Positions 20,636 to 28,910 of a stretch of 64,000 bases of DNA are shown here, in pieces. The notes under the pieces were generated by a model. The model did no database searches, was not told the origin of the DNA, and saw only the letters and a program-made list of their open reading frames with translations. How positions within the stretch are numbered: position 1 is the stretch's first letter; each line of letters begins with the position of its first letter. Origin of the DNA: Promethearchaeota archaeon. Lineage in GTDB: Archaea > Asgardarchaeota > Lokiarchaeia > Sigyniarchaeales > SOKP01. The stretch covers positions 14,744-78,743 of the forward strand of contig JAHPZE010000019.1 in assembly GCA_019058365.1 (NCBI GenBank), in the 5' to 3' direction. Made by a program: the position numbers and the translations under genes.

Positions 20636-23557
20636 TTAAAAGAAAGCATCCATCTTTTTAATACCCTTAATTTCATCATATGTAATGCCAAGTGCATCTA
20701 AAACTTGTTCTAAAGCAGAAATAAGAAGCTCCTTATACTTTTTCGTGTCAACATCCTGGAGTTTTGCAAGTTCAATTGCCTTTGCTCCGGTCGTCCCCTT
20801 ACTTTTGATAAATCGTATTGTTTCACCTTTTTGAAATTCCTTACCCGTAACATCCCTTAATTCTTTCGCTGCTCGAACATGTTGGGGAACAACTTTTGTA
20901 TAACTCTTCAGATCCTTCTGTAAACCAATATTTATCGCGTAATCTTCTAAGGTGAAGGTATTTGGTTTTCCTATTTTCTTGAGATTATCTCTTACTATTT
21001 CGATAATTTGATCTTTAGCTTTTAAAAATTCATCGCTATTTGTGATATTTTTCAAGATTTCAATCATTTCACTAAAAACCTTTTTGATAAAATCTGGAGT
21101 GTTTCTCTTTTTAGCTACTAAACCTTTTATATCTACAAATTTAGTATCCTTATAAATACCGACATAATTCTTTTTTCTATCAGAGAGTGCTAAGAATTGA
21201 TAAGTTTTTTCCTCCTCCAAATCAAGATCAAGTTCTTTTTTACTCCATTCTGATATTTGTTTCATTTGGTCCTTTAAAGGATTTAAAAGAAAAACAGAGT
21301 CTGTGTCTCCATACAAAACTTTTACACCTATATCTTCAGCTTTTTTAATCGTTTGTTTAATAGAGTATTGCCCTATTCCCGTAATACTTTCTGCTACAGG
21401 TAAACAAAACAAAGGGAAATTCTGGGATCCAAAAACACCATAGGAGGCGTTTAAAAACACTTTTAGTGCTTGCTGAATTGTTTGATAATAGCTTCGCTGT
21501 TTTTCTGTTAGATTGATATCACCGGATTTAGGTTTAAAATATTTTACTCTTATATCTCGGAAAAACCCGACAACATACGCAAAGATTCCCATTTTTTGAG
21601 TACATATATGATAAGGCGTTCCCTTTATAAGATTGTCTTCATCATCTTTGTGCGGACATAAGACAGTTTCATATGAAAGATTATATTCTTTGATTATTGA
21701 TGGATATAGGCTTGAAAAATCCATAACTACGACATCGAAATGAATACCAGGAACAGGTGGAACGACATATGCGCCAGCAAAGGTTTTTCCTTCTATAACC
21801 GCTTTAGAATATCCTCCTGCTTTTAATTCAGCTATTTCAGAACGACGAGGAATAAGATACTCATTTCTTCTATGTTCAAAATAAAAGATATTCTGTATCC
21901 AGGTTGAAATCTGACGCCTGACAGTTTCATGGATAGGCATCTTAGTTATTCGACATAATAGTAGAATTAAATTCCATACTAAGGAGTTATTAAATTTTGT
22001 TAACTCCAATGTAAGTATTGAATCTTTTAAATTATACCATGTAAGGATATCATATTCCATTTCATGTATTTCTTCTTCATGCTCATATTTCTTCTTTCCA
22101 AGTAATGCATCACTAATCGCGTTTAATGAACTGCTTTCATATGCTCCTCCAAATGCGTATCCTGAAATACTTCTATTAAAAAAGAAATTAAATAGATCAA
22201 TATGAATCCCTTTTCTTAGGTCGCAATCTGATGATGATAAGAACCCAAAACCTCTTTTAATATGGATAGGATTTAAATCTTTATCTATTTTTAAAATATT
22301 TGCTCTATGGAACATATAATTTAAATCAAAATTATCACCATTGAACGTAATAATGACTGGATATTCCCATAAAAGATGAAAGGTTTCTATTAATAATTCT
22401 TTTTCACTTTTAAAGAAAAATATTTTAGCATCTGATGGAAATTTTTTATGGAGCCCACGATAAATAAATCCTTCTCTTTCTAATACATATACTAATTTTA
22501 ATCCATCTGAAGCTACAAAAGATATACTAATAATTGCTTGTTTTGCTTGACGAGGATCTGGAATAACAAAATCTTCTGATCCTAAACTTACTTCAATATC
22601 CATAGCTAACCGTTTCACATCTGGAATTGGAGTTAGAAATATATCCAAAAACTTTTCTGAAAATTCTTGAATTTCTTTAGATTCATCTTTAAATAGATTC
22701 CGTAATTCCTTTGCCAGGATTTTTGATTCTTCTGAATCCTCTTCAAAACTTAATTTTTTAATTTGTCCACCTTGAATACTATAAATTAAACCAGGAATAA
22801 GTTGCCTATCGAAAATATAGTTTAAATGGTATCTAATATCTGCCTCCCACGCTTTTTTATTATTTTTACTCAAAATATTTCTGATATTAGTCCCAGATCC
22901 TCCAATATCTGAGGGCGTTTTACCATAAATTTTTGTCATTAATATTTTTTTATCCTTTAACAAATCTACTTTCTCTACTTCTTCAAATCTAGTGAAACCT
23001 TCATAATCTTTCAATTCAATAATGTTTTCCAATTCTGAAATAGGTTCTTTACTTAAACAATAAGGTTCATGATCGGTGGTATCAATCCAAATCTTTATAT
23101 CATCAGATTCTAAATCATAGAATTTACAATATGCTTTGTTTTGTCCACCGTCATAATCAACATCAAGCAATAACCCTCGTTCCATATCTTCCACTATTTC
23201 TCCCCTTTCAATCAAATATCGAAGGTATGTTGAAGACACACTTTCATGTAAAACCTTGGATAATTTGATATTTCCCTCTTTTAAGCCAAATGGTTTTCCA
23301 TCTCCTTTAAAAAATAAATTTGAAGGTATTTCTTTTGAAACCTTCTGTACTTGAGGAGTTGGTTCTTTGATCTTTTCTTCTTTTACAATTTTAGGTTTAG
23401 TTTTTGGTTTTTCTTTTTTAGGTTTTTCTACTTTTATTTGTTTAGGTTTTTCTGGTGGTTTTTCTTTTTTCTGCTCTTTTTTTTCAACAAACGTGAAAAG
23501 TGAAGTTTGAGACTTATCATCTGGTTTTTTCTTTTTCGAAGGTGGCATATTTACCAA
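20636..23557 (-). CDS. polB: Family B DNA polymerase (PolB1-like)
   Basis: ExoI MDIE, ExoII FNGDNFD, ExoIII YNLKD; polymerase motifs DFSSLYPSII, KVFLNASYG and YGDTDS; YETVLCPH segment typical of B1. Confidence 0.96.
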   Translation of the reverse strand: MVNMPPSKKKKPDDKSQTSLFTFVEKKEQKKEKPPEKPKQIKVEKPKKEKPKTKPKIVKEEKIKEPTPQVQKVSKEIPSNLFFKGDGKPFGLKEGNIKLSKVLHESVSSTYLRYLIERGEIVEDMERGLLLDVDYDGGQNKAYCKFYDLESDDIKIWIDTTDHEPYCLSKEPISELENIIELKDYEGFTRFEEVEKVDLLKDKKILMTKIYGKTPSDIGGSGTNIRNILSKNNKKAWEADIRYHLNYIFDRQLIPGLIYSIQGGQIKKLSFEEDSEESKILAKELRNLFKDESKEIQEFSEKFLDIFLTPIPDVKRLAMDIEVSLGSEDFVIPDPRQAKQAIISISFVASDGLKLVYVLEREGFIYRGLHKKFPSDAKIFFFKSEKELLIETFHLLWEYPVIITFNGDNFDLNYMFHRANILKIDKDLNPIHIKRGFGFLSSSDCDLRKGIHIDLFNFFFNRSISGYAFGGAYESSSLNAISDALLGKKKYEHEEEIHEMEYDILTWYNLKDSILTLELTKFNNSLVWNLILLLCRITKMPIHETVRRQISTWIQNIFYFEHRRNEYLIPRRSEIAELKAGGYSKAVIEGKTFAGAYVVPPVPGIHFDVVVMDFSSLYPSIIKEYNLSYETVLCPHKDDEDNLIKGTPYHICTQKMGIFAYVVGFFRDIRVKYFKPKSGDINLTEKQRSYYQTIQQALKVFLNASYGVFGSQNFPLFCLPVAESITGIGQYSIKQTIKKAEDIGVKVLYGDTDSVFLLNPLKDQMKQISEWSKKELDLDLEEEKTYQFLALSDRKKNYVGIYKDTKFVDIKGLVAKKRNTPDFIKKVFSEMIEILKNITNSDEFLKAKDQIIEIVRDNLKKIGKPNTFTLEDYAINIGLQKDLKSYTKVVPQHVRAAKELRDVTGKEFQKGETIRFIKSKGTTGAKAIELAKLQDVDTKKYKELLISALEQVLDALGITYDEIKGIKKMDAFF

Positions 23558-23714
23558 TTAAACTAATATTTTACTGACTAATATAAATAATTATTATTAT
23601 AATATTTATTATAAAACCCTCTATTCCTTCTTTAATATTTTATCTATGACTCTAAAGTCAAGCAATATTATAGAAAGAAAATTTAACCTAATTCCTATCT
23701 ACAAAAATTTTGTA

Positions 23715-24053
23715 TTATCTGTTATTTTCAACTATTTTTTTTATTTCTTCCAAGAGGAGTTGCTTCTCCGCTATATACCAGTCCAATTGGCTTTTTGAGG
23801 GGCTCTCATTCGAAATCGTGAAAGCTACCTCTTTTATTTCCTTTTCAGAAGGAATTATCAGTTGACCATTTACATTTTCCCTTATGAGCAGTACTAAGTT
23901 ATCGGTCTCTAATGGTTTGATATCATACCCATTTTTTATATTTTGGTTAATTGTTACACATAAGGTTGCTAGATGCTGAATAGAATCCTTTAAACTCCGA
24001 TTTTCCTTGTAAATTTTAAATGCCAGAGAGGTTACATCTTCCTTTGAAAACAT
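23715..24053 (-). CDS. Hypothetical protein with two short internal helical repeats (DUF2934-like)
   Basis: SKEDVTSLAFKIY versus SEKEIKEVAFTIS...LDWYIAEKQL. Confidence 0.7.
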   Translation of the reverse strand: MFSKEDVTSLAFKIYKENRSLKDSIQHLATLCVTINQNIKNGYDIKPLETDNLVLLIRENVNGQLIIPSEKEIKEVAFTISNESPSKSQLDWYIAEKQLLLEEIKKIVENNR

Positions 24054-24226
24054 TTCACAAACAGAAGTCTAATTTATTATATTATTGATAATTAGGTAAC
24101 TGATTAACAAAAAGATATATACACTTTTAATTATTTGTGTTGATTTTTTAACGCGTTTAAAACCACAAAATTAAAAATTTATAATATTTTCTTATAAGTA
24201 TAGGAAAATTTTAAAAGCCCTCAAGC

Positions 24227-24328
24227 GCCTCCGTGGCTTAAAAATAATGACAAGCGCTTTATTTGGCAAAGCGGTATAGCATCCGACTTGTAATCGGAAG
24301 GTCGGGGGTTCAAATCCCCCCGGAGGCT
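24227..24328 (+). tRNA. tRNA-Thr(UGU) with a ~28-30 nt non-canonical intron in the D-arm
   Basis: Acceptor GCCTCCG/CGGAGGC, anticodon arm TCCGA-CTTGTAA-TCGGA, T-arm GGGGG-TTCAAAT-CCCCC, discriminator T, no encoded CCA. Extra sequence about 24241-24270 splits GCTTA|GCGGTATAGC. Confidence 0.92.
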
Positions 24329-24344
24329 ATTTAAATTTGCTTTT

Positions 24345-25448
24345 TTAATTTTGGCTTTTCAAATATTGATAAATCAATTCAGCTGCTTGTTCTATACCAT
24401 CTAAAGTGCTTATTTCAGGAACATTATGAGCAAACATAGTGGGGATTCCGACTAAAGATGATGGAATACCTAGCCATTTTTGAACTTTACCAGCATCAGA
24501 ACCATAGAATTCTAAAACACCATCTTGGCATTTTATATTATTTTGAACAGCGACCTCAACTAAGGTTTTACATAATTGATAATCGAAAACACCAGTACCA
24601 CTTGCTTCTTGCCACACAATTACCGGTCCATCATGTAATTTAATATCAGAACTTACGGTTCCCGGAAAATTTTCAACCAATCCAATATCTAATGCTATAA
24701 TTTCATCAATAGAATTATTTTTTGCGAAAAATAAGGAGCCCTCGGTTCCAATTTCTTCACGGGTAGTTGCAACGATATACAAATCAAATGGTTTTGTTAA
24801 ATTTCCTAACTCATCTAGTAGATTATTCACAATTTTATTTGTTAATAAGATTAATCCTGTCAATGCAACTAAGTTATCCATTGAATATCCTGCAATAATG
24901 TTATCATTAAATTTCTCATTTAATAATTCAAATTCTCCAGAAAATACAAATGGAGCTCCAATATGGATCTTATATTTGTTAATTACTTCTTCTTTATCTT
25001 TAGCTCCGACAAATATCTCCATCTCATATGGTTCAAATTTTTCTTCCCCTCTTAATTTTTGAGGGGTCGCGTGAGGAGATCTACCTCCAATAACACCATT
25101 TATCCATTTTCCTTCTTTATTTAATATAGATATTTTTCGTGAGACTAACCATCTACCCTCATATCCACCTCTTCTAGAAAACTCTAAACTTCCACTTTTT
25201 TTAATTTTTCTAATGGTTCCGCCAATTTCATCCATATGAGCTAATATAGCAATAGTTTTTTTGCTAGATTTTCCATTGAATTTAACAAAATAATTACTAA
25301 GTGAATCAGTGTTAACTTCAATACCTTTATCAGCAAGAATTATCTCTAATTCTGTTTTAAAGAGTTCACCACGAGCTTTCTCTAACCCACTAGGTGCTCT
25401 TGCCGATGAAAACTTTTTAATTATTCTAAAAATCTCATTTTTATCCAA
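24345..25448 (-). CDS. M42 family metallo-aminopeptidase (TET-like)
   Basis: APSGLE, AHMDE, SMDN, REEIG, LDIG, GSDAG and AH metal ligands. Confidence 0.88.
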   Translation of the reverse strand: MDKNEIFRIIKKFSSARAPSGLEKARGELFKTELEIILADKGIEVNTDSLSNYFVKFNGKSSKKTIAILAHMDEIGGTIRKIKKSGSLEFSRRGGYEGRWLVSRKISILNKEGKWINGVIGGRSPHATPQKLRGEEKFEPYEMEIFVGAKDKEEVINKYKIHIGAPFVFSGEFELLNEKFNDNIIAGYSMDNLVALTGLILLTNKIVNNLLDELGNLTKPFDLYIVATTREEIGTEGSLFFAKNNSIDEIIALDIGLVENFPGTVSSDIKLHDGPVIVWQEASGTGVFDYQLCKTLVEVAVQNNIKCQDGVLEFYGSDAGKVQKWLGIPSSLVGIPTMFAHNVPEISTLDGIEQAAELIYQYLKSQN

Positions 25449-25497
25449 GATTTTTCACTTTATTTCCTTCTTTATTTTTGTTTTAATCCTAAATAGT

Positions 25498-25575
25498 ATT
25501 AAGATTTATAATTCAATAAAATTGGTATTTTATAATATCATTTATTAATTTCGAAGATTATGCAGATATTAATAG
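25498..25575 (+). repeat. Direct repeat copy 1 (78 bp) flanking the LRR gene
   Basis: 72/78 identical to 26958-27035 by manual alignment. Confidence 0.9.
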
Positions 25576-25649
25576 AAACTATAGCTAAGCTTTCGAATTT
25601 TTTGAAAGTGTTGAAATTCTTTACTATAGAGATTTTTAGAAAAAAATAT

Positions 25650-26897
25650 CTATTGTTTCAGCTTTACCTGCTTAACTTGAGTTGCTTTTTCGGGAGAAAC
25701 ATCGTGAAAAACACCTTCTGCCATAAATATTGTGACGGTACCATCTGCTTGTAATTCCGAAACCCAGCTTCCCTTGTGCCGTCCCCAGTTTCCCGTGTCT
25801 GTATATTCACGTAGATAAGTCGTTGCGAGGAGCGCCCACTCATCAAGTTCTTCTGGTTGTGACACTTTAATGGGTGCTGAATCTGCCAATCCAATCCAAT
25901 CCCTCCAATCATGAGCTTCATATCGGTCTCCCCTTACACGATCGGTTGAGGGATTCCACCTCCCACCTCTATAATTTACACGAGACTTTACCCAAAGCCA
26001 TGAATTTATATTCACTATAGAAATATAGCCAATAGGTGGAGACTCAGCTTCGAATGCTTCATAAGATTCCTTAGCGAAATCATCATTCACTTTTGACTCG
26101 AGATAATTAAGTAAAAACTTAATAAGAGCACTTGTGTCAATCATTGAGGATTTAGAATTTTTATCTAATTTTTCTTCAATTTCTCTACAATAAGCTATAA
26201 TATATGGAATTTGATGCTCTTCGAATGCATGGAAATCGGAGTCGCCAAATTTCTTCATTCCCCATTTATATACTGGATTCTTGTAAAGATCCAACCATAT
26301 TAATTTATCTAAATTACCTAACCCTTTAACTTCTGTAATCTTATTATTTTTAAGATATAAAGTTTTTAAATTTTTTAGATTTTCAAGTCCTTTAAGCTCA
26401 GTTACTTGATTATTTTCAAACCATAACTCACGTAAATTAATAAGGTTCTCAAAACCTTTAATCTCAGTAATTTTATTATCACATAACCATAATGAACGCA
26501 AATTAGTAAGATTTTCTAAACCTTTGATCTCGCTAATTTGATTTTCATGAATTAATAATGTTTTTAAATTCACCAACTTCTCTAGTCCTTTTATCTCGGT
26601 AATTTGATTAGAAGAGAGAGAAAGCACTTCCAAATTAGTAAGATTCTCTAACCCTTTTATCTCTGAAATTTGATTCTTATTAAGAGTTAAATTTTGTAAA
26701 TTAATCATATTTTTTAATCCTTTTATCTCGGTAATTTGATTGGAAGAGAGAGAAAGCCCTTCTAAATTAGTAAGATTTTCTAAGCCTTTAATCTCCGAAA
26801 TATCCGAAATGTCTTTCATATTTATAGAAAGCCACAAAAGTCCAGAAATTTCATCTTTTTTAGTATAAAATTTTTCACACTTAAATTCAACAGACAT
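25650..26897 (-). CDS. Leucine-rich repeat protein (SDS22/internalin-type) with an unknown Trp-rich C-terminal domain
   Basis: Eight 22-aa repeats of the form (I)xEIKGLENLxNLxxLxLxxNQ, then an unrelated C-terminal domain. Confidence 0.92.
   Translation of the reverse strand: MSVEFKCEKFYTKKDEISGLLWLSINMKDISDISEIKGLENLTNLEGLSLSSNQITEIKGLKNMINLQNLTLNKNQISEIKGLENLTNLEVLSLSSNQITEIKGLEKLVNLKTLLIHENQISEIKGLENLTNLRSLWLCDNKITEIKGFENLINLRELWFENNQVTELKGLENLKNLKTLYLKNNKITEVKGLGNLDKLIWLDLYKNPVYKWGMKKFGDSDFHAFEEHQIPYIIAYCREIEEKLDKNSKSSMIDTSALIKFLLNYLESKVNDDFAKESYEAFEAESPPIGYISIVNINSWLWVKSRVNYRGGRWNPSTDRVRGDRYEAHDWRDWIGLADSAPIKVSQPEELDEWALLATTYLREYTDTGNWGRHKGSWVSELQADGTVTIFMAEGVFHDVSPEKATQVKQVKLKQ
26275..26810 (-). 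repeat. 66-bp-period coding tandem repeats (LRR units)
   Basis: Recurrent cctttxatctc and aaattagtaagatt segments at 66/132-bp spacing, all in frame. Confidence 0.85.
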
Positions 26898-26957
26898 TAT
26901 ATTATTAGAAGCTTATGTTATAATTAAAATTATAATAATTATTCATGGAAGTAGAAA

Positions 26958-27035
26958 ATTAAGATTTATATTTCAATAAAATTGCCATTTTATAATATCA
27001 TTTATTAATTTCGAAGAATATGTAGATATAAATAG
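26958..27035 (+). repeat. Direct repeat copy 2 (78 bp), probably carrying the promoter of the downstream phosphodiesterase gene
   Basis: 72/78 identical to 25498-25575; contains AAGATTTATA and TTTTATAAT TATA-like boxes. Confidence 0.9.
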
Positions 27036-27056
27036 TATCATGATTGGTGAAGTTTA

Positions 27057-28631
27057 ATAAATAAAATCAACAGAGCTATTCTCTGTATAATAGACAATCT
27101 AAGATCAGACCATTTATTTGATTTTATAGGTAAAGGTTTACTCCCTAATATTGAAAAATTAATGAATAATGGTATTTTTTCCAAAAATTGTATTACAGAT
27201 TTTCCAGCAGTGACTTATCCAACTCAAGCATCGATGATTACTGGAACATATACGGGTGATTATAAAAAAGAATTTTGTCATGGGGTTCCTTTGATGGATT
27301 GGTTGGATCGTGATAAAATACCTCCAAGTCTAAGGAGTTATGCTGCCAAAGATATGCAAATTTATAAGATAAATGAAGATCTAGGAAATAATTGCAGAAC
27401 TATCCTCGAGATGGTAGGAGAAGGAAACACTACGAGTATTACCCAGTTTATTAACAGAGGTACTAAATATTTCTACCCTGAAAGAAGAACTAAACTTGCT
27501 TTATTTTATCTTCTTTTATATTATTCCCAAAATACAAAAAAGACAATGGTCAGAGTAAATTCATTAGTAGTTCAAAAATTACTAGAGACTTTTAAGAATC
27601 CAAAGAAATTTTTTAATAATAAAGAACCACCAATAGCATCTTTACTCTGGTTTGTGTCTTCTGACATATTGTTACATTTATTTGGATCTGATTCCTGGAT
27701 TTATAAATTAAATTTATTACATATAGATAAAGTAATAGGATTGTTAATTAACGAATTAGATAAATTGGGTTATTTAAGCGATACTGTAATTGCAATTACT
27801 TCAGATCATGGAAATTATAAAGCAGATAGGTTAGGAAATTTGCAGTCATTTCTTAATCGAAATAAATTGATACAATACCATCCTCGGAAAAAAAAAAGGG
27901 GGAATTTTGATCTAGCTAAGTATGACGGTGTAGGGTTCTTTTATTTTAAAGGAACAAATAATTCAGATAAGAAATATCAATGGTCGCCCCCCACTCTGAT
28001 GGATCTTGAATCATATGGTCCAAATAAAATAAATTTATTAAACCAATTATTCAAGATTGACGCTAGTCAATTGATGTTTTATCGAGGTGATAATAATACC
28101 TCTAAAGAAGGAATTATTTATCTAAAGAAAAGATGTAAAGAGAATAATCAAATATTAACATCTATCATTGAATATCAAGGAACTGGCTTTGATTATAAAA
28201 CAAGATATATACCAAATGATGAAGAAAATGATATGTTTAATTACTTTAATGATACAACAGCCTGTCAACTCTTAGATAATAAATTCCATACAACTCAAGA
28301 ATGGTTAATGGCAACTTATCATCTTGATTATCCTATGCTACCAGACTTAATACCACGCCATTTTAAAAATCCCCGAAGTGCAGATATCATTCTTAGCAAT
28401 GATGGGAGTATAGTGTATAACATACATCATGGAAAACAGACAGGAAAGAATATTTCTAATCATGATTTAGGCTTAAAAAGATGTATGAATGTTCCTTTAA
28501 TAATAGGAGGATCCTTAGAAATTCCAAGTAAAGAATTAACTTATTGTAAAATAACTGATATTGTTCCAACATTATTGAAGTTATTAGGAAAAAATCCACA
28601 TAAGAGTGTGGTAGGATCTAGTCTTGTATAA
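27057..28631 (+). CDS. Alkaline phosphatase superfamily (type I phosphodiesterase/nucleotide pyrophosphatase-like)
   Basis: FPAVTYP nucleophile, D.LLH, ITSDHG, SNH and TDIVPT. The conserved first strand AILCIIDNLRSDHL lies upstream of ATG 27162, so the start is extended to ATA 27057 behind GGTGA. Confidence 0.85.
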   Translation: MNKINRAILCIIDNLRSDHLFDFIGKGLLPNIEKLMNNGIFSKNCITDFPAVTYPTQASMITGTYTGDYKKEFCHGVPLMDWLDRDKIPPSLRSYAAKDMQIYKINEDLGNNCRTILEMVGEGNTTSITQFINRGTKYFYPERRTKLALFYLLLYYSQNTKKTMVRVNSLVVQKLLETFKNPKKFFNNKEPPIASLLWFVSSDILLHLFGSDSWIYKLNLLHIDKVIGLLINELDKLGYLSDTVIAITSDHGNYKADRLGNLQSFLNRNKLIQYHPRKKKRGNFDLAKYDGVGFFYFKGTNNSDKKYQWSPPTLMDLESYGPNKINLLNQLFKIDASQLMFYRGDNNTSKEGIIYLKKRCKENNQILTSIIEYQGTGFDYKTRYIPNDEENDMFNYFNDTTACQLLDNKFHTTQEWLMATYHLDYPMLPDLIPRHFKNPRSADIILSNDGSIVYNIHHGKQTGKNISNHDLGLKRCMNVPLIIGGSLEIPSKELTYCKITDIVPTLLKLLGKNPHKSVVGSSLV

Positions 28632-28665
28632 AATCTATTTCTTGGTATTTTGCTTAAAAATAGAG

Positions 28666-28693
28666 TCTATATATAATATATATGATATATAGA
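28666..28693. promoter_or_regulatory. Near-perfect 28-bp palindrome TCTATATAT-N10-ATATATAGA (candidate phosphate-regulon operator)
   Basis: Same CTATATA core as the motifs around pstCA, pstS and the PhoU regulator; lies upstream of the ABC operon. Confidence 0.5.
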
Positions 28694-28799
28694 GGTTTTA
28701 TTTATGATTTGTTAAATAAATAAAATAAATAGAACACTATATAATATCATTATATTAGAATTTATATTTGAAAAGTAGACAACTGTGTAATCTTGGCTT

Positions 28800-28898
28800 A
28801 TGAAAAGGCAAATTTGGATATTTATCGCATTAATAATTGGGATTTCATGTGGTATAATTTTTGCTATAATAGATAATTTTATACGATCATTCATTTAA
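28800..28898 (+). CDS. 32-aa single-TM microprotein heading the ABC operon
   Basis: MKRQIWIFIALIIGISCGIIFAIIDNFIRSFI*; ends 12 bp before the SBP ATG on the same strand. Confidence 0.55.
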   Translation: MKRQIWIFIALIIGISCGIIFAIIDNFIRSFI

Positions 28899-28910
28899 GG
28901 CTAAAAAAAT

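Noticed and set aside
23520-23548. PPSKKKK at the PolB N-terminus resembling a nuclear localisation signal
   Set aside because: Lys runs are common in this AT-rich proteome; there is no basis for an NLS function.
24227-25650. tRNA-Thr as the integration site of an island
   Set aside because: No duplicated tRNA 3' end and no integrase in the window; the flanking genes look like core genes.
26275-26810. Periodic repeats as a possible CRISPR array
   Set aside because: They have a 66-bp period, are in frame, vary mainly at codon level and encode LRRs; there are no unique spacers and no cas genes.
25498-27035. IS element or diversity-generating retroelement explaining the LRR cassette
   Set aside because: No transposase, terminal inverted repeats or reverse transcriptase. 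The repeats are non-coding and their mismatches are not confined to adenines.
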